From a virus (Duplodnaviria; Caudoviricetes), in IMG/VR virus record IMGVR_UViG_3300035135_000134, positions 1 through 25,598 of that record: 25,598 bases of DNA; one strand, given 5' to 3'. Positions 8,678 through 17,061 of the stretch are shown here, piece after piece. The position numbers and the translations under genes are program-made. The stretch's first letter is position 1, and the number at the start of each line of letters is the position of its first letter. A model generated the notes under the pieces. That model searched no databases, was not told the origin of the DNA, and worked only from the letters and a program-made list of their open reading frames with translations.

Positions 8678-9413
8678 GCATAATGATGAGTTTTCAAAAG
8701 CTCTAATGGATTCTTACTCCCGTTGGATGGGCGGCGAGGGATTCCAAGGTTCACAAATCCAAGAAGTAGTTGCTCCACCTAAGAAAGAACTAGCAACACC
8801 TGAGCGTGCTGGTGGTGCTGATGCATCTACATCCATCCCCGATCTTTCTGGTAAGGAGGAGAAGAGTGATGAAGGTTCCAAAGATATTTCGGCAAACGCT
8901 GGTGCTCCTGACCCCGCCACTGATCTACGTGTTGGTGCTGGTGTCAAACAGTCACATGGAGCAGAGATTAGAGACACCACGAAGGTGGTTGCGAAAGAGT
9001 CGTGTGACACCTGCTCTTACTGCGGAGGGAAGGGGTGCTCCCGCTGTGAGAAGGAAGATAAGAACACTATGAAGAAAGAGACTGTTGAGTTTGAACTCGA
9101 TGGTGTCACCTATGTCTTTGAGGCAGAGAAGAAAAAAGGACTTGACGGCAAGGCTTGCTGGAAAGGTTATAAGCAGATGGGCACCAAGATGAAGGGTGGC
9201 AAGCGTGTTGATAACTGTGTCAAGGCAGGTTACGAACCAACTGGCGATGAGATCACCGAGAAGAAACTTGATCCCGTAGGTAAGGAAGACAAGGACATCG
9301 ACAACGATGGTGACCACGATAAGTCTGACAAGTATCTCCTAGCACGTCGTAAGAAGGTCTCCAAGATCATCTCTTCTAAGAAGAAGATGAAGGAGGAAAC
9401 TGAAAAAAAGTAA
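8646..9413 (+). CDS. Lys/Glu-rich modular late protein (255 aa), possible internal head protein
   Basis: Follows a late promoter. Contains a CxxCGGKGCxxC Zn-finger-like segment, a CWKGY...NCVK module and a DIDNDGD Ca-binding-like loop. Ends GAA AAA AAG TAA. Confidence 0.8.
   Translation: MERQKPTTTLKHNDEFSKALMDSYSRWMGGEGFQGSQIQEVVAPPKKELATPERAGGADASTSIPDLSGKEEKSDEGSKDISANAGAPDPATDLRVGAGVKQSHGAEIRDTTKVVAKESCDTCSYCGGKGCSRCEKEDKNTMKKETVEFELDGVTYVFEAEKKKGLDGKACWKGYKQMGTKMKGGKRVDNCVKAGYEPTGDEITEKKLDPVGKEDKDIDNDGDHDKSDKYLLARRKKVSKIISSKKKMKEETEKK
9404..9410 (+). other. Candidate -1 programmed ribosomal frameshift site (A AAA AAG)
   Basis: In phase and directly before the 0-frame stop. AGGAGG at 9391-9396. 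The -1 frame opens right after TGA 9401-9403 and runs to 9694. Confidence 0.7.
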
Positions 9414-9694
9414 AGAAGCCAGTGGTTGAGGTGATGCCTGAGATTGATGACGGCGAACCTGAACCCAAACCTACTGGCAAAAAGAAGAAGGTGAAGGAGG
9501 AGACTCTGCATGAGAAATCAGTATCGAAGTCCCAGCAGCGTTTCATGGGTATGGTCCGAGCTGCTCAAAAAGGTGAGGGAGCGTCGTCGCCTGAGGTTGC
9601 CAAAGTTGCTTCCAGCATGAAGAAGAAGGACGTTAAGGACTTCGCTTCTACTAAGCATAAAGGACTACCTGACAAAAAGAAAGAGAAGAAATAA
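9410..9694 (+). CDS. -1 frame extension of the 8646 ORF (or separate small ORF from GTG 9422); DUF3008-like basic module
   Basis: KSVSKSQQRFMGMV...SMKKKDVKDFASTKHKGLP resembles DUF3008 as recalled; same Lys-rich composition as the upstream ORF. Confidence 0.65.
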   Translation, partial: VKKPVVEVMPEIDDGEPEPKPTGKKKKVKEETLHEKSVSKSQQRFMGMVRAAQKGEGASSPEVAKVASSMKKKDVKDFASTKHKGLPDKKKEKK

Positions 9695-9697
9695 ATA
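9690..9697 (+). promoter_or_regulatory. T4-type late promoter
   Basis: AATAAATA, 24 nt upstream of ATG 9722. Confidence 0.65.
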
Positions 9698-9721
9698 GTT
9701 CTTGCACATCGCTGTAAGATC

Positions 9722-9934
9722 ATGCTCGCTTTTCTACTCCCACTCGCATCAAAAATTGTAAGTGATGCTGTCGCTAAGATCCCCGATAACGAGGAACTCG
9801 GTGAGAAACTAGTTGAACTCTGCCTAGTTATTCTACGCAAAGCAGTCACACTAACCAAGACCACTATGGATGATGAACTCCTTGCGGTTGTCGAAAAGGC
9901 AATCCTAGCAAGAGAAGAAGAAGCATCTGAGTGA
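9722..9934 (+). CDS. Small helical hypothetical protein (70 aa)
   Basis: ORF bracketed by a late promoter and an intrinsic terminator. Confidence 0.8.
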   Translation: MLAFLLPLASKIVSDAVAKIPDNEELGEKLVELCLVILRKAVTLTKTTMDDELLAVVEKAILAREEEASE

Positions 9935-9938
9935 TACC

Positions 9939-9962
9939 AGGGGACATTAGTCCCCTTTTTTT
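9939..9962 (+). terminator. Rho-independent terminator
   Basis: GGGGAC-ATTA-GTCCCC stem-loop followed by 7 T. Confidence 0.88.
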
Positions 9963-9969
9963 ATAAATA
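9962..9969 (+). promoter_or_regulatory. T4-type late promoter abutting the terminator U-tract
   Basis: Exact TATAAATA; GGAG SD and ATG 10002 follow. Confidence 0.82.
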
Positions 9970-10001
9970 AATCTAGAATCAAGAAGTCTACTGGAGATCC
10001 A

Positions 10002-10577
10002 ATGTCCCTATACGGTAAGACGGACAGTGCTGATAACGTGACCAAAGCTGGTCGTGGAGTATCACCCTCGTCCCAAGCAAAACAAATTCTTTTCATCGAC
10101 GACACAGAAGCAGCACTCGCGGAGAACAAAGCACGCGGTCTGAATGCTCCTGGTTGGTGGTCTTACTTCACCTACACTGATGGTGAAGGTAACACTCGTC
10201 ACAAGGCAGAGCATCTGGTAACCATCGCTGGTCCTGATTCTAACGCTAACGAGACCCAGGCAGACGATGCTGCAGCAGCAGATGAGTCAGTCGTAATCAC
10301 CATCAATGCTGATCCTATTACTCAGGCAGTTGCTGTTGGTGCTGTTCTCAACTTGGTTGCTGACGCTATCGCTACTCCTCCTGGTGACGCTTCCGTTCTT
10401 CAGTATCAGTGGCAGAAGAAGTCTGGCAGACGCTGGACAAACATCGGTGCTAACCAACCCACCTATGATGTTGCTGTCTATGCTGAATCTGATGCTGGTG
10501 ATTACAGATGTAAACTCACCTCAACCAATGGTGCTGCTGAAGTAATCACTGCTACCGCTACTGTAACTACTGCGTGA
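10002..10577 (+). CDS. Ig-like domain protein, probable virion decoration (Hoc-like)
   Basis: C-terminal Ig signature LQYQWQK...DAGDYRC...TATVT; Ala/Thr-rich; own late promoter. Confidence 0.75.
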   Translation: MSLYGKTDSADNVTKAGRGVSPSSQAKQILFIDDTEAALAENKARGLNAPGWWSYFTYTDGEGNTRHKAEHLVTIAGPDSNANETQADDAAAADESVVITINADPITQAVAVGAVLNLVADAIATPPGDASVLQYQWQKKSGRRWTNIGANQPTYDVAVYAESDAGDYRCKLTSTNGAAEVITATATVTTA

Positions 10578-10580
10578 TAA

Positions 10581-10937
10581 ATGCTCATTAATGAATTGAC
10601 TCCAGAAAACTGGATGTTCTTTGCTATTCAAAATTATAATAATCCGCAGTCGGTCACGTATAGTGACTTTGAAGAGGATCTAAATAGAATCAGATACATC
10701 AAACGTTTATTCAAACGATATGAAACAAGTGGTGAACTGAAAACTCACCTTATCTTGAATCATATAATTGTAATGTATAATGTATTTGGTGATGCCGCGA
10801 CGCCTCTGCTCTTTTATAAGACAGAGGCGACCCATTGGAATTACCTAAAAGCGTTCATGCTTTTCTTAGAACGATTACCCGATAGTTTAAACGATAACGT
10901 AGATCAAGAATGTCTGAGTCAACTGAATCTAATCTGA
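10581..10937 (+). CDS. Hypothetical protein (118 aa)
   Basis: Compact globular-looking ORF (FEEDLNRIRYIKRLF, LILNHIIV) tiling between neighbours. Confidence 0.85.
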   Translation: MLINELTPENWMFFAIQNYNNPQSVTYSDFEEDLNRIRYIKRLFKRYETSGELKTHLILNHIIVMYNVFGDAATPLLFYKTEATHWNYLKAFMLFLERLPDSLNDNVDQECLSQLNLI

Positions 10938-11623
10938 ACGAAATGATGGCAGGAGACGGATCAGGTCTCGCAATGCCACCTGCGTTTGTATTTGTCAACA
11001 CAAAGAAGCGCAGAACATATAAGGGCAAGGAAGACAAGGTTGACGGCAGAACTAAGGGTGCTAAATCAATGCTCTCTCGTATCACTAACCGTAAAAAAAT
11101 GAAGGAACAAGTAGAAGAAACAATTATTTCTGAAGCAGTGCCCTCAGAAACTGAGAGAGCACAGAAGCAGATCCAACAGACGAAGAAACTGACTCGTCAG
11201 AAGGAGATGCAGAAGAAGCGCAAGGAAGCTAAGGAGAAACTCCAGAACAAAACATCAGAAATGGACACCCTGATGAAGGCACGTCTGTCTGACTTCAAAA
11301 AGAAAGCAGGCGAGCAACAGAAAAAAGTCCAGAAAAACTCTTTTGAAATGACAGGTGACACTATGATTCATGAAAACACTGACGCACTAGAAGTTGCACT
11401 CCAAGTTGCAACCCAGGAACTCAATCCTACTGGTGAAACATCCTTCGCTAAGATCACCTTCAGCGATGGCACCCAGCAGAACATGGATAACTTCTCTGCT
11501 AAGCGTATTGCTGCTGCATATGCACAACTGGATGAACCCAAGCAACAGCAGTATCGTTACATGCTCAACAAAGATGCAACGACTTATCAGTCTGCACTTG
11601 ACTTCGCAGTGAGAAATGTCTAA
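10910..11623 (+). CDS. Hypothetical Lys/Gln-rich protein (237 aa) with coiled coil, possible internal head protein
   Basis: Charged coiled-coil centre; LNE/ISE/IHE motifs at segment boundaries. Confidence 0.8.
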   Translation: MSESTESNLNEMMAGDGSGLAMPPAFVFVNTKKRRTYKGKEDKVDGRTKGAKSMLSRITNRKKMKEQVEETIISEAVPSETERAQKQIQQTKKLTRQKEMQKKRKEAKEKLQNKTSEMDTLMKARLSDFKKKAGEQQKKVQKNSFEMTGDTMIHENTDALEVALQVATQELNPTGETSFAKITFSDGTQQNMDNFSAKRIAAAYAQLDEPKQQQYRYMLNKDATTYQSALDFAVRNV

Positions 11624-12057
11624 TGGCGTTTGGTCTTGGTAAATTAGCAGTTCTCGAAAGTAAACTGAACATTTATGAAGATCTCTCCAAAGAGATGCTT
11701 GACAAACTTGAGAAAGCAGTCGGGACTATCTCCGATAATAGCAACAAGATTGCTATTATCTTGGAGCGCCATGAAAACAGACTAGATGAAAGCGAACGTG
11801 CTGACAAATTGATCCTCGGTATGCTTGAGGAGATGAAAGAACGTCACGAAAAAGACACTGAAACTATCCACACTAGGATTACTGGTCTCCAGAAGAAAGT
11901 AGATACCAATGCTAAGTTTGTGATCGGTGCTGGTGCTGTGCTTGCCACCCTTGTGGCAGTGTTACAAGTGGTCCCACCGATCATAAAAGTATTGACCCCT
12001 ACCGCTAATGGTGCTATCATGGGTGAAGTGAGTATGCCCACCCGTGAGTTATCTTGA
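11623..12057 (+). CDS. Coiled-coil protein with single C-terminal transmembrane helix (144 aa)
   Basis: Heptad-like N-terminal ~95 aa, then FVIGAGAVLATLVAVLQVV; TAATG coupling. Confidence 0.8.
   Translation: MAFGLGKLAVLESKLNIYEDLSKEMLDKLEKAVGTISDNSNKIAIILERHENRLDESERADKLILGMLEEMKERHEKDTETIHTRITGLQKKVDTNAKFVIGAGAVLATLVAVLQVVPPIIKVLTPTANGAIMGEVSMPTRELS
11992..12020 (+). promoter_or_regulatory. Sigma70-type promoter for primase-nrdA-nrdB
   Basis: TTGACC (11992-11997), 17-nt spacer, TGn extended -10 TATCAT (12015-12020), 23 nt before GTG 12044. Confidence 0.7.
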
Positions 12058-13033
12058 CGCAAAATATATTGGTCTAGTCTCACCACAACTGAGCAAGTTC
12101 ACGCGGAAGAACGATAGAACATATAACTTCCGCTGTCCATATTGTGGTGACTCTAAGAAGCATTCAAATAAGGCGCGAGGTTACTTCTTCAAGGTGAAGA
12201 ATGACTTCGTATACAAATGCCACAACTGTGGTGTGGGTAGAACCTTTACAAATTTCCTGAAGGATCAGAACAAACTCCTTCATGATCAGTATGTCATGGA
12301 AAGATACCGTGACGGACTGACTGGTAAAGGAACTCAGACTGCAGATCCTAAGTTCAACTTTAAGAAACCTGTCTTCAAAAAGAAACAGGGTCTAGATCTT
12401 CAAAAAATCTCAGAACTAAATAAAGAACACCCCGCCCGAGACTATCTTGAGCGTCGAAAAATTGAAGATCTAGCATCATTTTACTACTGTCCAAAGTTCA
12501 AGGACTGGACGAATCAACAGAAGAAGACGTTTGATAATCTACGTCAAGATAGTGCCAGAATTATCATCCCTTTGAGGGATAGAGATGGTAACATGTTTGG
12601 TTACCAGGGTAGATCTCTTGCGCCCAAAGCGAAGATCAGATACATCACAATTATGTTGGATGAATCCAAACCCAAGGTGTATGGGTTGGATCGAATTGAC
12701 CCATTGCAACCTGTATATGTCACAGAAGGACCCTTCGACAGTCATTTCATTGCCAATGCTATTGCTATGTGTGGCAGCGATGTTGACCTTAGCTCTTTCA
12801 ATTATCAATTTGTATTCGTCTTCGACAACGAACCAAGATCGAGAGAAATATGTTCTAAAATTGCTAAGACCGCCCAGTCAGGGCATAAGGTAGTAATCTT
12901 TCCAAAATCTATCAAAGAAAAAGACTTGAATGATATGTCACTCGCTGGACATGACGTTCAATCTCTGGTAGAATCCAATACTTACAGCGGACTAGAAGCA
13001 CAACTTAAACTGAACGAATGGAAAAAGGTATGA
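12044..13033 (+). CDS. g61: DNA primase gp61
   Basis: Zn ribbon FRCPYCGDS...CHNC; TOPRIM VTEGPFDS and VFDNEPR; KDLND. Confidence 0.96.
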   Translation: MSYLDAKYIGLVSPQLSKFTRKNDRTYNFRCPYCGDSKKHSNKARGYFFKVKNDFVYKCHNCGVGRTFTNFLKDQNKLLHDQYVMERYRDGLTGKGTQTADPKFNFKKPVFKKKQGLDLQKISELNKEHPARDYLERRKIEDLASFYYCPKFKDWTNQQKKTFDNLRQDSARIIIPLRDRDGNMFGYQGRSLAPKAKIRYITIMLDESKPKVYGLDRIDPLQPVYVTEGPFDSHFIANAIAMCGSDVDLSSFNYQFVFVFDNEPRSREICSKIAKTAQSGHKVVIFPKSIKEKDLNDMSLAGHDVQSLVESNTYSGLEAQLKLNEWKKV

Positions 13034-15345
13034 GCACAATCAACGTAGAGAAGCGCGACGGGTCTATCGAACCTCTCAACCTTGAGAAGATTCATAAGAT
13101 GGTTGAAGAGGCGTGTGAGGGTCTCTCAGGCGTCTCTGCTAGTCAGGTAGAGATGCACTCTAACATTCAATTTCACGACGGCATCACTACAGAAAATATC
13201 CAAGAGATTTTGATTCGTTCTGCGTCAGATCTTATCAGTTTGGACAACCCAAACTATCAGTATGTTGCTTCTCGTCTGCTTATGTTCTCGCTTCGTAAGC
13301 AGGTATTCAACAAATCTGTGTGGCAAGACGGTATGCCGACACCGTATGATGTTGCATTGTATAACGTTACTGTAAACAAGGTCTATGATGAAGACCTGTT
13401 GGATAAATATAGTGACGAAGACTGGGCAAAACTCAATAACTACATCGACCATGGTCGTGACTACCTGTTCTCTTATGCAGGTTTGCGTCAAGTAGTTGAC
13501 AAATATTTGGTTCAGGATCGTAGCAGTGGCGAGGTGTATGAGACACCTCAATACATGTATTTGTTCATTGCTATGACACTGTTTGCTGACTATCCAGCAA
13601 CCCAACGTCTCGACTATGTTCGTAGATACTACAATGCAATCTCAAAGCACAAAATCAACATTCCCACACCTATCATGGCAGGAGTGCGAACTCCACTTCG
13701 ACAATTTGCTAGCTGTGTTCTTATTGATTCTGATGACACCCTCGATAGTATCTTTAGCAGCGATATGGCAATTGGCAAATACGTTGCACAACGTGCGGGA
13801 ATCGGCATCAACGCAGGCAGAATCCGTGGCGTCAACAGTAAAATCCGAGGTGGAGAAGTCGCGCACACAGGTGTTGTTCCATTCCTCAAAAAGTTTGAGA
13901 GCACTGTCAGATGCTGCACTCAAAATGGCATTCGAGGTGGAAGCGCAACTGTCCACTTCCCAATCTGGCACCAAGAAATCGAAGACATCATCGTCCTGAA
14001 GAACAACAAAGGAACCGAAGACAATCGTGTTCGTAAACTAGATTACTCTATTCAAATTTCTAAGTTGTTCTATGAACGATTCATTAAAAACGAAGACATC
14101 ACACTCTTCAGTCCACACGACGTTCCTGGTTTGTATGATGCTTTTGGCACTGATGAGTTCGATGATCTCTATCGCCAGTATGAATCTGATGGATCAATTC
14201 CAAAGCGATCTATTGGCGGTCAAGAACTTATTCTGGCACTCCTGAAGGAACGTGCTGAGACTGGTCGCATGTATATCATGAACATCGACCACTGTAACTC
14301 TCACTCTTCCTTCAAAGACAAGGTTAACATGTCTAACCTTTGTCAAGAAATCACCCTACCTACTGATCCTCTCCAACATATTGATGGTGATGGCGAGATT
14401 GCCTTGTGCATTCTGTCTGCCGTCAACGTTGGAAAGTTGAAGAACCTTGATGACATGGAAGAACTTTGTGATCTTGCTGTTCGTGGTCTGGAAGAACTGA
14501 TCGACTACCAGAACTACCCTGTAAAGGCAGCAGAACAAAGCACTAAGAACCGTCGCAGTCTTGGTGTTGGATTTATCGGTCTAGCACATTACCTAGCACG
14601 TAACGGAGAGCACTACGATGACCCAGGAGCATGGAAACTCGTCCACAAACTCACTGAATCTTTCCAGTATTATCTACTCAAGTCCTCCAACGAACTCGCA
14701 AAAGAGAAAGGCAAGTGTGGATATTTTGATCGAACGAAGTATTCAGACGGTATCCTCCCTATCGACACTTACAAGCGTGAAGTCGATCAGATCTGCGAAG
14801 TAGAGTTGCGCCATGATTGGGAGAGTCTTAGACAGTCTATCTTGGAGCACGGACTGCGACACAGCACACTGTCCGCACAGATGCCTTCGGAGAGCAGTTC
14901 CGTTGTGTCAAATGAAACAAATGGAATCGAGCCACCTAGAGCATACCTGTCCATTAAAAAATCGAAGAAGGGACCTCTTAAGCAGGTTGTTCCACAATAT
15001 ACTACCCTGAAGAACAACTACACGTTGCTTTGGGAGATGAAAGATAACTCAGGTTACATCAATGTAGTCTCTGTTATGCAGAAGTTCTTCGATCAAGCGA
15101 TCTCTGGTAACTGGAGTTACAATCCAGAAAATTATCCAGACAATAATGTCCCTGTTTCGGTGATGGCAGGTGACCTTTTGAATACATATAAGTATGGTTG
15201 GAAAACTTCATACTATCAAAATACCTACGATAGTAAGACAGACCCAACTGACGAAGCACCACCAGAAAAAGAGGAGTCTGTAGAAGATCTTCTCCAACAA
15301 ATCTTAGCCACCGAGGAGGAAGCTTGTGACAGCTGTGCAATTTAA
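13030..15345 (+). CDS. nrdA: Ribonucleotide reductase class Ia alpha subunit
   Basis: ATP cone VEKRDG; PTPIMAG; SCVL; SNLCQEI; TSYY; C-terminal CDSC. Start at the ATGA overlap with the g61 stop. Confidence 0.98.
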   Translation: MSTINVEKRDGSIEPLNLEKIHKMVEEACEGLSGVSASQVEMHSNIQFHDGITTENIQEILIRSASDLISLDNPNYQYVASRLLMFSLRKQVFNKSVWQDGMPTPYDVALYNVTVNKVYDEDLLDKYSDEDWAKLNNYIDHGRDYLFSYAGLRQVVDKYLVQDRSSGEVYETPQYMYLFIAMTLFADYPATQRLDYVRRYYNAISKHKINIPTPIMAGVRTPLRQFASCVLIDSDDTLDSIFSSDMAIGKYVAQRAGIGINAGRIRGVNSKIRGGEVAHTGVVPFLKKFESTVRCCTQNGIRGGSATVHFPIWHQEIEDIIVLKNNKGTEDNRVRKLDYSIQISKLFYERFIKNEDITLFSPHDVPGLYDAFGTDEFDDLYRQYESDGSIPKRSIGGQELILALLKERAETGRMYIMNIDHCNSHSSFKDKVNMSNLCQEITLPTDPLQHIDGDGEIALCILSAVNVGKLKNLDDMEELCDLAVRGLEELIDYQNYPVKAAEQSTKNRRSLGVGFIGLAHYLARNGEHYDDPGAWKLVHKLTESFQYYLLKSSNELAKEKGKCGYFDRTKYSDGILPIDTYKREVDQICEVELRHDWESLRQSILEHGLRHSTLSAQMPSESSSVVSNETNGIEPPRAYLSIKKSKKGPLKQVVPQYTTLKNNYTLLWEMKDNSGYINVVSVMQKFFDQAISGNWSYNPENYPDNNVPVSVMAGDLLNTYKYGWKTSYYQNTYDSKTDPTDEAPPEKEESVEDLLQQILATEEEACDSCAI

Positions 15346-16510
15346 AGTAGACGGATACAACGATAAGAAGATCGATGGCATGACGGTCTTCAATAAAAAT
15401 ATTGTAGATACCACCAAACAACATATGTTCTTTGGACCTCCTTTGGGGGTTCAGCGTTACGATAATTTTAAGTATCCTGTCTTTGACAAGTTGACACAGC
15501 AGCAACTCGGATACTTCTGGAGACCTGAAGAGGTTTCTCTCCAGAAAGATCGTGCAGACTATCAGCAATTGCGTCCTGAGCAGAAGCATATCTTTACTTC
15601 TAACCTGAAGTATCAGATCATGCTGGATTCTGTTCAGGGTCGTGGTCCTGGTATGGCATTCATGCCTTACTGCTCACTTCCTGAACTGGAATCTGCCATG
15701 AACATCTGGCAGACCATGGAGATGGTTCACAGTCGCTCCTACACCCACATTATCAAGAACATCTACCCTGATCCTTCGGTAGTTTTTGATGCAATCATCA
15801 CCGATGATAAGATTCTGGAACGTGCAACTAGTGTCACTGCAGCATATGATGAGTTCTTGCAAGCAGCACACCTGTATGATACAGGTAATATGTGGAAGCA
15901 AGACTGGAAAGACTCTCCAACTGCTAAGTGGGAACTTAAAGATCTCAAACGAAAACTGTATCGTGCCGTAGCAAATGTCTATATACTAGAGGGCATTCGT
16001 TTCTACGTATCGTTTGCTTGTTCCTTCGCTTTCGGTGAGAACAAACTGATGGAAGGCAATGCTAAGATCATTTCTCTCATTGCGAGAGATGAATCTCAGC
16101 ACATGACCATCACACAGAACATTCTTAACAAGTGGAAGCAGGGCGATGACCCTGACATGGTAGAGATTGCACAAGAAGAAGAGAAGAACGTCTACGAGAT
16201 GTTCAAAAAGTGTGTTGAAGAAGAAGTAATTTGGGCAGACTACTTGTTCCGTGATGGTTCAATGATTGGTCTGAACGCAAAACTCCTTCAAAAATATGTC
16301 GAGTGGACTGCGAATCGTCGCATGAAGTCTATTGGACTGAAACCTATCTTTGATGCTCCCCTTAACAACAATCCTCTCCCTTGGACAGAACACTGGTTGT
16401 CGTCTAAAGGATTACAAGTAGCACCCCAGGAGACGGAAGTCGAATCATATGTTATTGGGGGCATTACACAAGATGTTGAGGAAAATACTTTCAAAGGTTT
16501 TCAACTATGA
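15326..16510 (+). CDS. nrdB: Ribonucleotide reductase class Ia beta subunit
   Basis: FWRPEE, EMVHSRSY (radical Tyr), LEGIRFYVSF, RDESQH, APQETEVESY. Exact start uncertain. Confidence 0.97.
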   Translation: MTAVQFKVDGYNDKKIDGMTVFNKNIVDTTKQHMFFGPPLGVQRYDNFKYPVFDKLTQQQLGYFWRPEEVSLQKDRADYQQLRPEQKHIFTSNLKYQIMLDSVQGRGPGMAFMPYCSLPELESAMNIWQTMEMVHSRSYTHIIKNIYPDPSVVFDAIITDDKILERATSVTAAYDEFLQAAHLYDTGNMWKQDWKDSPTAKWELKDLKRKLYRAVANVYILEGIRFYVSFACSFAFGENKLMEGNAKIISLIARDESQHMTITQNILNKWKQGDDPDMVEIAQEEEKNVYEMFKKCVEEEVIWADYLFRDGSMIGLNAKLLQKYVEWTANRRMKSIGLKPIFDAPLNNNPLPWTEHWLSSKGLQVAPQETEVESYVIGGITQDVEENTFKGFQL

Positions 16511-16689
16511 CAGAACAAGTCCCAGAGTGGAAGCGCAGAGCACTGGCAGATCCCGATTTGCCAGACAGTCACTGGACAATCCTGAGACTGGGACCGACGA
16601 GTCTAGCGGAAGCGTTCATTCTGGGAGCAATGAAACTAAAATACTCCCTTTCCCAGACCCATGGGACGGGGACTGGAACGACGCGGTAA
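16507..16689 (+). CDS. Small hypothetical protein (60 aa)
   Basis: ATGA overlap with the nrdB stop; fills the gap before the next gene. Confidence 0.6.
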   Translation: MTEQVPEWKRRALADPDLPDSHWTILRLGPTSLAEAFILGAMKLKYSLSQTHGTGTGTTR

Positions 16690-16707
16690 TTAACTGGGCA
16701 CTATGGC

Positions 16708-17040
16708 ATGAAAACTCAAAGCGCAAAGGCGAAGGGCAGGAACCTCCAGAAGTGGGTGAGGCAGAAACTGATTGAAATGCTCGATGTTCATCCTGAGGAC
16801 ATCGAGTCTAGGTCTATGGGTGCTGGTGGTGAGGATCTCATCATGGCACGGGCAGCAAGAGAGAAGTTTCCACATTCAATTGAATGCAAAAATGTAGAGA
16901 GGTTGAACGTTTGGGATGCCTATGAGCAAGCGTGTGAGAATTCTGGTGACTATGAACCTATCGTAGTCATGAAGAAAAACAGGAAGAAACCACTGGTTGT
17001 TGTGGATGCAGAATATTTCATTGCACTCTTTGATAAATAA
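16708..17040 (+). CDS. Hjc-like PD-(D/E)xK nuclease, putative Holliday junction resolvase
   Basis: SAKAKGR N-terminus, GGEDL...IECK catalytic pattern, 110 aa. Confidence 0.72.
   Translation: MKTQSAKAKGRNLQKWVRQKLIEMLDVHPEDIESRSMGAGGEDLIMARAAREKFPHSIECKNVERLNVWDAYEQACENSGDYEPIVVMKKNRKKPLVVVDAEYFIALFDK
17032..17039 (+). promoter_or_regulatory. T4-type late promoter
   Basis: GATAAATA, 22 nt upstream of ATG 17062. Confidence 0.65.
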
Positions 17041-17061
17041 TTCTGCCTTACTCTTATACCT

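Noticed and set aside
10756-10782. TTGAAT...TATAAT sigma70-like pair in the 118-aa gene
   Set aside because: Spacer only 15 nt in an AT-rich coding stretch.
13018-13033. G AAA AAG at the end of primase whose -1 frame is nrdA (possible primase-NrdA fusion)
   Set aside because: Imperfect heptamer; the frame relation follows automatically from the ordinary ATGA overlap.
1-16510. Inteins or group I introns in g43, g41, nrdA, nrdB
   Set aside because: Proteins are of normal length with contiguous motifs; no intein termini or frame breaks seen.
16449-16775. 108-aa alternative-frame ORF with protein-like PDPWDGDW segment
   Set aside because: Overlaps nrdB, the coupled 60-aa ORF and the Hjc-like gene, and has no convincing start or SD; cannot be supported without homology data.
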